Shown here: positions 18,347-27,886 of the stretch, one piece after another
Position numbering within the stretch: the stretch's first letter is position 1
How the letters are laid out: every line of letters starts with the position of its first letter
Assembly: GCA_904419295.1 (NCBI GenBank)
Contig: CAJFRA010000004.1
Location: 4,710 to 68,709 of the forward strand
Direction: 5' to 3'
Origin: Candidatus Pseudobutyricicoccus lothianensis
Lineage (GTDB): Bacteria; Bacillota; Clostridia; Oscillospirales; Butyricicoccaceae
DNA length: 64,000 nucleotides
Notes under the pieces: generated by a model
Told to the model about the DNA's origin: nothing
The model's database searches: none
Seen by the model: only the letters and a program-made list of their open reading frames with translations
Made by a program: the position numbers and the translations under genes

Positions 18347-19181
18347 TCTGCGTCAGTGCCTACGGCAGGTGAGGGAAGTCGTAGGCCAGATGGTGGAGCG
18401 CTATTTTCAAGACCAAGTGGCTCGTTCCTCGGCGGAACTGGCTTATTATATGCTGTTTACCCTGTTTCCGCTGCTGATCTTTGCCAATGTCATCATCAGT
18501 TCCTTTGATCTATCGGCGCTGGACTTGGTGGAAAACCTGAGCATGATCCTGCCGGAGCAGATCGTAGGGCTCATTGCAGAGTATATCGCCTATATTGCCA
18601 GTTTACAACCGAGCACCATGCTGTATGCCGGCTTTGTGCTCACGCTGTACTTTGCATCCCGTTCCATCAATTCGTTGATGCTCTCCATCGGTACCGCTTA
18701 CCGGCAGCCACGCAAAGGCAAGATCAGTTTTATCTTCTCCATGTTGGTGGCCGGCGTGCTCCTCATCTCCATTTACTTGTTGTTGGCACTGATCTTGGTC
18801 AGCGAAAATTTCTTGGTTTTGCTCTCCCGGGTGACGGAGATCTCCGATTCGTTCATCCGCCTGTGGAATTGGCTGCGTTTTACCGTAGCCCCAATCTATG
18901 TCTTTCTTATCGTCACCTTATTTTATAAGATCGCGCCGTCCCGCTGGCTCCGGTTCCGCCGAGCCATGCCTGGTGGCCTGTTTTTTGTTACAGTGTGGTC
19001 GGCCATTTCCTACTTTTTTTCTTACTATGTGTCCAATATTTCCAATTATTCTCTGCTATATGGTTCATTAGGTGCTATCATGATCTTGATGTTGTGGTTT
19101 TATATCACAGGCATCATCCTCATCATGGGCGGGCACCTAAACCACATCTTACTGGTGCGCAAACAAGACAAACAACATTAA
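18318..19181 (+). CDS. YihY/BrkB (ribonuclease BN-like) family membrane protein
   Basis: ARSSAELAYYMLFTLFPLLIF and six hydrophobic segments. Start set at ATG 18318; the track ORF starts inside the nitroreductase gene. Confidence 0.8.
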   Translation: MDLSTKIFGSLRQCLRQVREVVGQMVERYFQDQVARSSAELAYYMLFTLFPLLIFANVIISSFDLSALDLVENLSMILPEQIVGLIAEYIAYIASLQPSTMLYAGFVLTLYFASRSINSLMLSIGTAYRQPRKGKISFIFSMLVAGVLLISIYLLLALILVSENFLVLLSRVTEISDSFIRLWNWLRFTVAPIYVFLIVTLFYKIAPSRWLRFRRAMPGGLFFVTVWSAISYFFSYYVSNISNYSLLYGSLGAIMILMLWFYITGIILIMGGHLNHILLVRKQDKQH

Positions 19182-19201
19182 GAAAGGAACAGGTGATCAT
19201 T

Positions 19202-20170
19202 ATGGAAAAAAGGATTCTGGCAGCGCAGGTCGCGGATCTGACCCCTGCCCGAGAAGAGCGCTTGCGCCAGGCGGCAACGGATTGCGGTTTTACCTTAAAA
19301 GTGCTGACAAAAGGCCAATACGATCGGGCCGATCTGCAAGACTGCGAAGTGCTTTTTGGCAATTTCCCACCGGCCGATTTAAAATATATTCCAAACCTCA
19401 AATGGGTGGCCACTGCCTCTGCGGGCGTAGATGCCTATGTGGCCGATGACATCTATCCCCATCCTGGGGTGATCCTCACCAATTCCAGCGGCGCTTATGG
19501 CATTGCCATTGCAGAACATTTGCTCACCGTCACTTTGATGCTGCTGCGCCGTATGCGGGAATACGAGGAGGGCCAGCGCCAAAAGCGTTGGAAGTATCTG
19601 GGCAAGATCCGCTCGGTATTTGGCAGCACGGTCACCATTGTAGGCATCGGCAACATCGGCGGCAATTTTGCCAAACGGTGCAAAGCCATGGGAGCAACGG
19701 TGCGTGGCGTCAAGCGCACGCCGGGTGAGAAGCCGGAATACATTGATGAGTTGTATCTGACAGAGGAGCTGGATCAGGCCATTCAAGGGGCGGATGTAGT
19801 CGCGCTGTGTCTGCCCGGCACCAACCAGACGCAACACATCATTACAGAAAAGCAGCTGAACGCAATGAAGCCCGGGGCTATTTTGCTGAACATTGGCCGC
19901 GGCACCGCCATTGACCAGCAAGCTTTGTGCCAGGCCCTGGAGAGCGGGCATCTGGGAGGCGCCGGGTTGGATGTGACCGATCCCGAACCCCTGCCGCCCG
20001 AAAGCCCTCTGTGGACAATGGGCAATGTGGTATTGACCCCCCATATCTCCGGCAACGACTCTTTGGACTACACCACAGAAACCATTCTGGATCTGTTCAT
20101 TGAAAACTTGTCCCATTATGTAAAAGGGGAGCCCATGCACAATGTGATCGACCGAAAGATCGGCTATTGA
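19202..20170 (+). CDS. D-isomer-specific 2-hydroxyacid dehydrogenase family protein
   Basis: NAD-binding VTIVGIGNIGGNFAKRCKAMGATV and catalytic-region LLNIGRG...TPHISG. Start at ATG 19202. Confidence 0.85.
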   Translation: MEKRILAAQVADLTPAREERLRQAATDCGFTLKVLTKGQYDRADLQDCEVLFGNFPPADLKYIPNLKWVATASAGVDAYVADDIYPHPGVILTNSSGAYGIAIAEHLLTVTLMLLRRMREYEEGQRQKRWKYLGKIRSVFGSTVTIVGIGNIGGNFAKRCKAMGATVRGVKRTPGEKPEYIDELYLTEELDQAIQGADVVALCLPGTNQTQHIITEKQLNAMKPGAILLNIGRGTAIDQQALCQALESGHLGGAGLDVTDPEPLPPESPLWTMGNVVLTPHISGNDSLDYTTETILDLFIENLSHYVKGEPMHNVIDRKIGY

Positions 20171-20271
20171 TCTGCTGTAAAGGCAAATTGCTTTATAGCA
20201 GATAACGCATTATCCCCATGGTAAAAGAATGATTTTTTATCGAAAGCTCTGTAAAGCAAAATAGCATTACA

Positions 20272-20306
20272 AATGGCGCCAGCCAAAAGCTGACGCCATT
20301 TTTTTG
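20272..20306. terminator. Hairpin terminator between convergent genes
   Basis: AATGGCG-C-CAGC, CAAAA, GCTG-A-CGCCATT, followed by TTTTTT on the plus strand. The minus side is T-poor. Confidence 0.55.
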
Positions 20307-20318
20307 CATCCGTTTACT

Positions 20319-21113
20319 CTAGTTGCTGTAACCCCGCCGGTTGCCAACGGTGCGGCATCCATTGTTGTTATTGCTGTTGTTTGAATTGGTCTCCCGCATG
20401 TAATCTGCGTATTTGGGTGGGAAGAATTCATCCACGGGGAATTTGAATTGCTGGAACAGGTCACAAGGGTCGTCAACATTGCAGTTGCTGCCCGAGCAAT
20501 CCTTTTCTGGCATACAGATATCGTAGGCAGGCATCAGCAGCTGAATGTCGCGTTCCAGTTTGATGATACTGAACTGACCCAAGCTGGCAAACAGCTGTTT
20601 CCCTTCGTCACAGATCACAATGTCATCGTCAAAGCAGCGGCAAATGTTATCGGGAATGTCACTGAGCACACAGTCGCCGCAGTTGCAGCCTTCCAACACT
20701 TTGACATTCAAGCACACAGGGTCTACCACTTCCACAGTGGCAATGGGCAGGTTGGTCTTTTCAAAGTTTTGCAGATCGCAATCCTGGGGCAGATACTGAG
20801 AACTGAAGATCCGCACGCTGCCTTCGCTGCCAAACAGCACGGTGCGTTTGTCATAGGTGGCCAAACCGCAAATTTCCCGCGGACGCCCCATCCCTACGAA
20901 GGCGTCGGCCGTCACCTTATAGAAGTACTTCACGTCCACGGTATAAAAGCCTTTGTTGAACGGGATGACTTCCACATCGATGTAAGCCCAGAGCAATTCG
21001 GCCGAGCGGGCCTTTACACTGGTAGCGCTGTCCAAAATTGCTTGGGAACAGCGGGTGGGGTAGACGCGCAGATCCTGCAGGCATTCCTTATCATTGCAAG
21101 TCGCGTCTTGCAT
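20319..21113 (-). CDS. Cysteine-rich protein; proposed 3' segment of a split gene (spore coat/exosporium-type composition, family not identified)
   Basis: 264-aa ORF with 17 Cys by my count, clusters such as GCNCGDC and NICRC, and an Asn-rich tail. Its ATG directly follows the recombinase TAG in the same frame, with no SD of its own. Confidence 0.6.
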   Translation of the reverse strand: MQDATCNDKECLQDLRVYPTRCSQAILDSATSVKARSAELLWAYIDVEVIPFNKGFYTVDVKYFYKVTADAFVGMGRPREICGLATYDKRTVLFGSEGSVRIFSSQYLPQDCDLQNFEKTNLPIATVEVVDPVCLNVKVLEGCNCGDCVLSDIPDNICRCFDDDIVICDEGKQLFASLGQFSIIKLERDIQLLMPAYDICMPEKDCSGSNCNVDDPCDLFQQFKFPVDEFFPPKYADYMRETNSNNSNNNNGCRTVGNRRGYSN

Positions 21114-22580
21114 CTACTTTTCCAATGGATAAATGGTCAGCGAAAATTGCCGGCTGCCATCCTTTATGCGGTAATATTCCACCCGCGAGATCAAGCACCG
21201 GAGCAATTTGTTTTTCTCATTGATATCCTTTGTTCGGTCATAATACTCCAATGGGGAGATAGCCGGTTTATCCACGCAGCACATTTCTATTTTACGTGCC
21301 TGTTCCAGCTGGTGCAGTTGGTTTTGTGCTTCTTTTTCCCGTCGGGCCAGCTCCTGCTGCCGCCTGGCATAGTCTTCCGCCGAATAGATCCCCTGTTCCA
21401 ACAGATCGCACAGCCGGCCTTTCTGCATGCCAATTCGATGGAGCTCGCCATTCAGCGCTTCTAGTGCCCCTTGCTTTTGCCTTTCCCCCTGTGTGACCGG
21501 GCCCAGATTTTGAAAGCGGTCTGATTCCCTGGCCAGCGCGCCTAACACAGCCTGCTCCAAAGATGCCAGCGGAATAGAAGGGCTGCACCCTGCCGTGCGG
21601 CACAGCAACACAGGTTTCCCCCCTTTGCTTGGCTGGTATTGGCGCTGCAGTTTCTGGCCGCAGTGGCCGCAGAAGACCAGCCCTGCAAGAGGGTTTTTGA
21701 ATTCCCCTGTAAAATATGAGCTGTGGCTCCGGCTGGTAAACTGCCGCTGGACCTGGTCAAATTGCTGCTGGGATACCAGAGCAGGGAAGGCGTCTTTGAC
21801 TACGATCCACTCTTCCTTTGGGCGCTCTACGGCGCGGTTTGTGTCAGATGCCCGCTTCTTGCGTTGAAAGCACGTGCGGTTGTAGAGCAGCGTGCCCGTA
21901 TAGACAGGGTTTTGCAAAATGCGGCGGATGGCGGTGCGGCTCCACTGGGCAGACTTTTTAGGCGGCACACCTGCGCCGTTGAACAGACCGGCAATGCGTT
22001 GGCAGCCCTGTCCACCGGCATATAATGCAAAGGCTGTTTGCACCCAGGGCGCCGCATACGGATCAGGCTCCAAAGTAGGCCGTTTTCCTTGCCAAGCGCG
22101 GACATAGCCAAAGGGGACCTCTGAAACATGAGCTCCTTCTTTGGCAGCGGCCAAAACACCCCGGTGCATCCGCCTGACGATCAGCTTGTACTCTTGCCGC
22201 GCCATAAAGGCTTCAAACTCCGAATAGGTCTCATCCATCTCATCGTTCAGGTCGTAGACCCGCCGGGGAGTCATGATCTTACACCCAGCATGGCGGAATG
22301 TATCCAATATGATGCCTTGGGATGTCATGTCGCCCCGGCCCAACCGATCGATGTCCATACAAAGCACAGCATCATACCGAAGGGCGCCCACATCTTCCAG
22401 CAGACGGAGCATCTGTGGGCGCAAGTAGAGGCTGCTGCCTGAAACGACCTCCTCGTACACCTGTGCGATGCAAAGGCCTTGCTGCTGTGCAAAATCCAGC
22501 AAGGTCTGCCGGTGCCGGCTCAGTACATCGGGATCTCCTTCGTCGCTGCGGGATTTGCGCAGGTAAATAGCGGCAGTCAT
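21114..22580 (-). CDS. Large serine recombinase
   Basis: 488 aa. N-terminal resolvase catalytic domain (AAIYLRKSRSDE...DRLGR), a recombinase domain, a Cys4 zinc ribbon (CGHCG...CRTAGC) and a C-terminal coiled-coil. Confidence 0.9.
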   Translation of the reverse strand: MTAAIYLRKSRSDEGDPDVLSRHRQTLLDFAQQQGLCIAQVYEEVVSGSSLYLRPQMLRLLEDVGALRYDAVLCMDIDRLGRGDMTSQGIILDTFRHAGCKIMTPRRVYDLNDEMDETYSEFEAFMARQEYKLIVRRMHRGVLAAAKEGAHVSEVPFGYVRAWQGKRPTLEPDPYAAPWVQTAFALYAGGQGCQRIAGLFNGAGVPPKKSAQWSRTAIRRILQNPVYTGTLLYNRTCFQRKKRASDTNRAVERPKEEWIVVKDAFPALVSQQQFDQVQRQFTSRSHSSYFTGEFKNPLAGLVFCGHCGQKLQRQYQPSKGGKPVLLCRTAGCSPSIPLASLEQAVLGALARESDRFQNLGPVTQGERQKQGALEALNGELHRIGMQKGRLCDLLEQGIYSAEDYARRQQELARREKEAQNQLHQLEQARKIEMCCVDKPAISPLEYYDRTKDINEKNKLLRCLISRVEYYRIKDGSRQFSLTIYPLEK

Positions 22581-22696
22581 ACCATCACCTACTTTCGTAA
22601 AGTCATAATTGGCTGCAAAAAGGGGTAAGACCTGTCCTTACAAAGAATTTTCCGGTGCGTACTGGAATGCGATAAAGTCAGGCCTGCCTTGCCTCC

Positions 22697-22724
22697 ATTC
22701 TATGCAAGTCAAGTGCAGCTATGA
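22697..22724 (-). promoter_or_regulatory. Sigma-E-like promoter match upstream of the recombinase gene
   Basis: The minus strand reads TCATAGC, 13 nt, then CATAGAAT, against the B. subtilis sigma-E consensus TCATATT-13/15-CATACAAT. It lies about 115 nt upstream of the ATG. Confidence 0.35.
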
Positions 22725-22807
22725 ATGCAGCCATTGAGTCCCCCGGTGTGGCTCGGCTTCCGGCTTTTCCTCCATCTGATGGTTTCTCCGGCCTGCTATT
22801 GTAAAAT

Positions 22808-22848
22808 GAAAAAACCTGGCCGGTACCCCATACCGTGCCAGGTTTTTG
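22808..22848 (-). terminator. Rho-independent terminator after the flavodoxin-like gene, insulating the recombinase gene
   Basis: AACCTGGC-CGGTA...TACCG-T-GCCAGGTT long hairpin flanked by A-run and T-run, so T-tracts are present on both strands. Confidence 0.7.
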
Positions 22849-22863
22849 TTCGGCTGTTCCCAC

Positions 22864-23391
22864 TTAGTCGCAAGGCAGGCTGCGGCCAAACTGGTAAAAT
22901 TCATCCAAAATCGCCGGCGTCTTCTGCTCTTTTCCAAAGACTGTTTTTACCCCCAGATCTTGCAAATGGAGATAATCCAGGAACGAGTTTTGATATTCGT
23001 ATAAAGCACCGCCATATACATTGTCGCTGCCCGAGCTGAGGAACATTGCCGCTTTTTTCAAGTTTTTCGGCTTATCCAGGGCATAAATGCGGTGAATGGC
23101 ACACTGCAGTTGGGCGGTAAAGCCATGGTAATACACCGGCGAAGCCAGCACTAACATCTCTGCTTCTTCCAGCAGTGGGTAGATCTGCTGCATGTCATCC
23201 TGCTGGATGCAACGGCCGTTCCCTTTGGTATGGCAGTACTCACAAGCACGGCATCCGGCAATTTTCATTTGTGCCACTTGAAAGACATCTACTTGATGCC
23301 CCGCTTCTCGTGCTCCTTTTGCAAAAGCTTCCACCATCGCCGCCGTATTTCCCTGCGGCCGGGGGCTTCCGTTCCATACCAATATTTTCAT
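22864..23391 (-). CDS. Flavodoxin-like fold NAD(P)H-dependent FMN reductase family protein
   Basis: MKILVWNGSPRPQGNTAAMV...LVLASPVYYHGFTAQL. Start at ATG 23391, 8 nt after AGGAGG. Confidence 0.8.
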   Translation of the reverse strand: MKILVWNGSPRPQGNTAAMVEAFAKGAREAGHQVDVFQVAQMKIAGCRACEYCHTKGNGRCIQQDDMQQIYPLLEEAEMLVLASPVYYHGFTAQLQCAIHRIYALDKPKNLKKAAMFLSSGSDNVYGGALYEYQNSFLDYLHLQDLGVKTVFGKEQKTPAILDEFYQFGRSLPCD

Positions 23392-23562
23392 CACAGTTTC
23401 CTCCTATCCAGATCATGCAGTTTTTTTGCGCTGCGAAAACACAGCAAAATGTCCATGTGCCGCTTTCAGCGACAAGGCCAGGGAATCAAAGCATATGGTC
23501 CTGATATTCACATATACACCTCGGCTTTTTCCCGTGCTGGTAATGTACTGCAGGCTCGTGAA

Positions 23563-24687
23563 TCATGCTTCCAAGGTTTGAGCCACTTGGGCCAAATGGC
23601 GGATGATGGGCAGTTTTTGCGGGCATTTGCTCTCACACTGGCCACACCCAATGCACTGGGATGCCTTTCCATGTTTTTCTGCCAGTACCGCATACCGTGC
23701 CTTGGCCTCAGCCTGCCAGCCATCTTGCCGATGCTGGTTATACAGGCTGAAGTAACGGGGGATGGGGATGCCCTGGGGGCACCCACTGGTGCAGTAGCTA
23801 CAGCCTGTGCAGGGGATCGACACTTCCTGACGCAAGATCGCGGCACACTGGCGCAGGATCTGCTCTTCTTGTTCATCCAATGGCTGAAAATCCTTCATAT
23901 AAGAAATGTTGTCCTCGACCTGCTCCAAGTTGGACATACCGGATAGCACCATAGCCACGCCTGGTTGGCTGGCGGCAAACCGAATGGCCCAGCTGGCCGG
24001 GCTGTGCCCGGGAGCATGGCGCTCCATCATTTGTTGGGCTTGCACAGGCACAGCCGCTAAAGTGCCTCCTTTGACAGGCTCCATCACGATTATGGGCTTT
24101 CCATGGCGGACACAGACATCATGGCACAAGCGGGATTGAATGACCGCGTGATCCCAGTCCAAATAATTCAACTGGATCTGTACCACATCCACTTCGGGGT
24201 GTTCCCGGAGGATCTGGTCGAGCACTGTGGCACTGTCGTGAAAGGAAAAACCGGTGGCCCGAATACGGCCTTGGCCTTTTAATTCTTGAAGCAGCTGAAA
24301 ACATCCCAACTTTTGGGCCAAGGCATATGTACGGGCGTTGAGGCCGTGAAGCAAATAGCAGTCAAAATAGTCTACACCGCATTTCATCAGCTGCTCTTCA
24401 AAATACTGCAGCGGGTTGCTGTCTTCCTTCATTTCCAGGCAGGGCATTTTTGTAGTCAGCCAAAAGGATTCCCTTGGGTGCCGTTCCACCAAAGCCTGCC
24501 GCATAAAAGATTCGCTTTTGTAGTCCAGATAAGAATAAGCAGTATCAAAATAGCGAAACCCGGCCGCCAAAAAACGGTCTACCATGGCACACAATTGCTC
24601 CATATCCACATCACTGGGGTCATCTGGGTCTATATGGGGCAGCCGTAGGCAGCCAAATCCCAATTTTTTGCCTTCTTCTAAAAACAT
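23563..24687 (-). CDS. Aldo/keto reductase with a C-terminal 2x[4Fe-4S] ferredoxin-like domain
   Basis: AKR N-terminus (LGFGCLRLP...FDTAYSY) and two C-terminal Cys clusters (CTGCSYCTSGCP, CIGCGQCESKCP). Start at ATG 24687, after AGGAGGAG. Confidence 0.85.
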   Translation of the reverse strand: MFLEEGKKLGFGCLRLPHIDPDDPSDVDMEQLCAMVDRFLAAGFRYFDTAYSYLDYKSESFMRQALVERHPRESFWLTTKMPCLEMKEDSNPLQYFEEQLMKCGVDYFDCYLLHGLNARTYALAQKLGCFQLLQELKGQGRIRATGFSFHDSATVLDQILREHPEVDVVQIQLNYLDWDHAVIQSRLCHDVCVRHGKPIIVMEPVKGGTLAAVPVQAQQMMERHAPGHSPASWAIRFAASQPGVAMVLSGMSNLEQVEDNISYMKDFQPLDEQEEQILRQCAAILRQEVSIPCTGCSYCTSGCPQGIPIPRYFSLYNQHRQDGWQAEAKARYAVLAEKHGKASQCIGCGQCESKCPQKLPIIRHLAQVAQTLEA

Positions 24688-24839
24688 GTTCACTCCTCCT
24701 GCCATTCCGTTCTCATGATTCCATCTTAAAGGCGCCTCCCGCGGAAGTCAAATACTTGATTCGGATACCCGGCAATGCGCGGCAAGCATGGTTTTAAAGG
24801 ACATGCACTGCCGCATAGGGATGGTCTGAGGTGATCGAA

Positions 24840-25061
24840 ATGGTCCAACCCGATTGGAAAGAAGGGGATGTGGCCTGGGAAGCCGACCTCCAGCTGGCAA
24901 ACGGCTATGTATGCCATGTCCGGGTCTTGCATCCCAGCCCCCGCGGGATCTTAGCCCAGCTGAAAGCCATTGGCCGCTTGACCAACTGTGTCTGGTCTTA
25001 CGATGGCCAAACAGCAGAGCAGTGGGAGAAGGCACTGGAAGAAAGCCAACAAAAGGAGTGA
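24840..25061 (+). CDS. Small hypothetical protein (73 aa)
   Basis: GAGGTGA SD 5 nt upstream of ATG 24840, and a strong terminator immediately downstream. I recognise no family. Confidence 0.45.
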   Translation: MVQPDWKEGDVAWEADLQLANGYVCHVRVLHPSPRGILAQLKAIGRLTNCVWSYDGQTAEQWEKALEESQQKE

Positions 25062-25063
25062 CA

Positions 25064-25090
25064 GCCGGCGGTTTAGCCCGCCGGTTTTTT
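25064..25090 (+). terminator. Rho-independent terminator
   Basis: CCGGCGG-TTTAGC-CCGCCGG followed by TTTTTT. Confidence 0.75.
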
Positions 25091-25160
25091 CATGTTCTGT
25101 CTCCTTAAGAATCGCTTGATCTCAAAGCAGAAAAAATGCAATCACCAGGCAATTTTTCTC

Positions 25161-25189
25161 TTGCAAAATGCAGGGGAATGGACTATTAT
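25161..25189 (+). promoter_or_regulatory. Sigma-A-type promoter candidate for clpB
   Basis: TTGCAA (25161..25166), a 17-nt spacer, then TATTAT (25184..25189), directly upstream of CIRCE. Confidence 0.5.
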
Positions 25190-25193
25190 AATA

Positions 25194-25220
25194 TTAGCAC
25201 TCAGGGTGATAGAGTGCTAA
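25194..25220 (+). promoter_or_regulatory. CIRCE operator (HrcA binding site)
   Basis: TTAGCACTC-agggtgata-GAGTGCTAA is an exact match to the CIRCE consensus TTAGCACTC-N9-GAGTGCTAA. It lies 40 nt upstream of the clpB ATG. Confidence 0.9.
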
Positions 25221-25260
25221 TATTCCTATAAACTGTAAATACGAAGGAGGTCCTTCCTCT

Positions 25261-27876
25261 ATGAACTTAAATCAATTCACGCAAAAATCTGTAGCCGCCA
25301 TACAAGCGGCCCAAAGCCTGGCTGTAGAGCATGGCAACCAGCAGATCGAGCAGGCACATCTGCTGCTGGCACTGTTGCAGGATGACCAAGGGCTGGTGCC
25401 CCAATTGCTGACCGCCATGGGCACTGCCGTGTCAAACTTTACAGAAAACGTTCAGGCATTGGTGGAACGGCTGCCCAAGGTCTCAGGCGGTGGCCGAGAG
25501 GCAGACAAAGTTTACATCTCCCAGCAGGTGGATCAGGCGTTGCAGCAAGCCGAGCAAGTGCGTATCTCCATGCAGGACGAGTATGTTTCCGTGGAGCACC
25601 TGTTCCTTGGTTTGCTGGACAAGGCCGATCAAACACTGAAAGAGCTGTTCCGCACGTTCTCCATCACCCAAGAGAAAATCATGCGGGCTTTGGCCTCTGT
25701 TCGTGGCAACCAGCGAGTGACCAGCGACAACCCAGAAGAGACCTATAATGCTCTGAAAAAATACGGCACAGACCTGGTGGAGCAGGCCCGCAAAAACAAG
25801 CTGGACCCGGTGATCGGGCGGGACGATGAGATACGCAATGTCATCCGCATTCTATCCCGCAAGAGCAAAAACAATCCGGTGCTCATCGGGGAACCCGGCG
25901 TGGGCAAAACAGCCATTGCCGAAGGGCTTGCCCAGCGAATCGTCAAAGGGGATGTGCCCGGCAGCCTAAAAGATAAGACCATCTTTTCACTGGACATGGG
26001 CAGCCTAGTGGCCGGCGCCAAGTACCGCGGCGAGTTCGAAGAACGCCTCAAAGCAGTCTTGAATGAAGTGCGCAAATCCGAAGGGCGTATCTTACTGTTT
26101 ATCGATGAGCTGCACACCATTGTGGGCGCCGGCAAGACCGAGGGTTCCATGGATGCCGGCAACTTGCTCAAACCCATGCTGGCCCGGGGTGAGCTGCACT
26201 GCATTGGTGCAACCACACTCAACGAATACCGTCAATACATCGAAAAAGATGCCGCTCTGGAGCGGCGCTTCCAGCCTGTTATGGTCAACGAACCCTCGGT
26301 GGAGGATGCGATCGCCATCTTGCGCGGTCTGAAAGAGCGGTATGAAGTTTTCCACGGCGTCAAAATCACAGATGGTGCGATCATCGCCGCTGCAACTTTG
26401 AGCAATCGCTATATCTCCGATCGCTTTTTGCCCGACAAGGCCATCGACCTGATTGATGAAGCCTGTGCCATGGTGCGTACCGAGATCGACTCCATGCCCA
26501 CTGAGCTGGATGTGATCCGCCGCCGGATCATCCAGCACGAGATTGAGGAAGCGGCTCTGAAAAAAGAGACAGATAAGCTTTCCAAAGAGCATCTGCAAGA
26601 GATCCAAAAAGAACTGGCCGAGATGCGCGAGGAGTTCAACGCCAAAAAGGCCCAGCTGGACAACGAGAAGAACGCCATTGGCAAAGTGCAAAAATTGCGG
26701 GAAGAGCTGGAAACTGCCAACGCCGCTTTGGAAAAAGCCCAGCGGGAATACGATCTGAACCGGGCGGCCGAGCTGCAGTACGGCAAGATCCCCGCCCTAA
26801 AAAAGGAGCTGGAAGAGGAAGAGGAGCTGGCCAGCCAAAGCAAGGCCCAATCGCTGCTGCGGGATAAAGTGACCGAAGAAGAGATCGCCAAGATCATCCA
26901 GCGTTGGACCGGTATCCCTGTCTCCCGTTTGATGGAGAGCGAGAGAGAGAAGCTTTTGCATTTGGAAGACATTCTGCATCAGAGAGTGGTAGGGCAGGAT
27001 GAAGCGGTCCGTCTGGTGGCAGAAGCGATTCTGCGCAGCCGTGCCGGCATTGCGGACCCCAACAAACCCATCGGCTCTTTCTTATTCCTCGGTCCCACCG
27101 GTGTGGGGAAGACCGAGCTTGCCAAAACCCTGGCTCAAGCTCTGTTTGACAGCGAAAAAAATTTGGTGCGCATCGACATGTCGGAATACATGGAAAAATT
27201 CAGCGTATCCCGCCTGATCGGCGCTCCTCCGGGATATGTGGGCTATGAAGAAGGGGGGCAACTCACAGAAGCGGTGCGACGCAAGCCCTACAGCGTCATC
27301 TTGTTCGACGAAGTGGAAAAAGCCCATCCCGATGTGTTCAACATCTTGCTGCAAGTGTTGGACGACGGCCGCATTACCGATAGCCAAGGCCGCACAGTGG
27401 ATTTTAAAAATACCATCATCATCTTGACTTCCAACTTGGGCAGCCAGTTCTTGCTGGATGGCATCGGCCCCGATGGCGAGATCAGCCAGCAGGCCAAAGA
27501 CCAGGTCAATCAGCTGCTGCGTCAATCCTTCCGGCCAGAGTTTCTCAACCGGCTGGATGAGATCGTCTTCTACAAGCCGCTGACAAAGGAGAATATCACC
27601 AGCATCATCGACCTGTTGGTAGCGGGTCTGAACCAACGCTTGGCCGACAAACAGCTGACTGTCCAGCTGACCCCGGCTGCCAAGCAGTATATCATCGACA
27701 GCGCTTACGATCCCATCTATGGCGCCCGTCCTTTGCGCCGCTTTTTGCAGCATACTGTGGAAACCCTCATCAGCAAAAAGATCATTGCCGACCAGGTGGA
27801 ACCCGATGCTTGTTTGCTTGTGGACTGTGTTGCCGGAGAATTGACAGTGGAGAGCCAAACTGTACAGGACAAATAA
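25261..27876 (+). CDS. clpB: ATP-dependent chaperone ClpB
   Basis: 871 aa. Clp N-domain, two AAA+ modules ([10 protein letters not shown] and [12 protein letters not shown] Walker A motifs) and a long middle coiled-coil. Confidence 0.95.
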   Translation: MNLNQFTQKSVAAIQAAQSLAVEHGNQQIEQAHLLLALLQDDQGLVPQLLTAMGTAVSNFTENVQALVERLPKVSGGGREADKVYISQQVDQALQQAEQVRISMQDEYVSVEHLFLGLLDKADQTLKELFRTFSITQEKIMRALASVRGNQRVTSDNPEETYNALKKYGTDLVEQARKNKLDPVIGRDDEIRNVIRILSRKSKNNPVLIGEPGVGKTAIAEGLAQRIVKGDVPGSLKDKTIFSLDMGSLVAGAKYRGEFEERLKAVLNEVRKSEGRILLFIDELHTIVGAGKTEGSMDAGNLLKPMLARGELHCIGATTLNEYRQYIEKDAALERRFQPVMVNEPSVEDAIAILRGLKERYEVFHGVKITDGAIIAAATLSNRYISDRFLPDKAIDLIDEACAMVRTEIDSMPTELDVIRRRIIQHEIEEAALKKETDKLSKEHLQEIQKELAEMREEFNAKKAQLDNEKNAIGKVQKLREELETANAALEKAQREYDLNRAAELQYGKIPALKKELEEEEELASQSKAQSLLRDKVTEEEIAKIIQRWTGIPVSRLMESEREKLLHLEDILHQRVVGQDEAVRLVAEAILRSRAGIADPNKPIGSFLFLGPTGVGKTELAKTLAQALFDSEKNLVRIDMSEYMEKFSVSRLIGAPPGYVGYEEGGQLTEAVRRKPYSVILFDEVEKAHPDVFNILLQVLDDGRITDSQGRTVDFKNTIIILTSNLGSQFLLDGIGPDGEISQQAKDQVNQLLRQSFRPEFLNRLDEIVFYKPLTKENITSIIDLLVAGLNQRLADKQLTVQLTPAAKQYIIDSAYDPIYGARPLRRFLQHTVETLISKKIIADQVEPDACLLVDCVAGELTVESQTVQDK

Positions 27877-27886
27877 ACTGCTTTCG

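Noticed and set aside
20448-21464. 338-aa plus-strand ORF spanning the junction between the Cys-rich gene and the recombinase gene.
   Set aside because: It is antisense to two ORFs with clear protein-like features (recombinase domains, Cys clusters). It has no SD and a biased His/Gln/Phe-rich composition.
22703-22710. A third copy of TGCAAGTC, the same 8-mer as at the left boundary 21095..21102, considered as an alternative element end that would give a 1.6 kb recombinase-only element.
   Set aside because: In the frame that makes TGC a codon, a TAG lies 4 codons upstream, so no 5' gene piece can join here. An 8-mer is expected by chance about once or twice in 64 kb on two strands, and this one falls in the spacer of the sigma-E-like promoter match.
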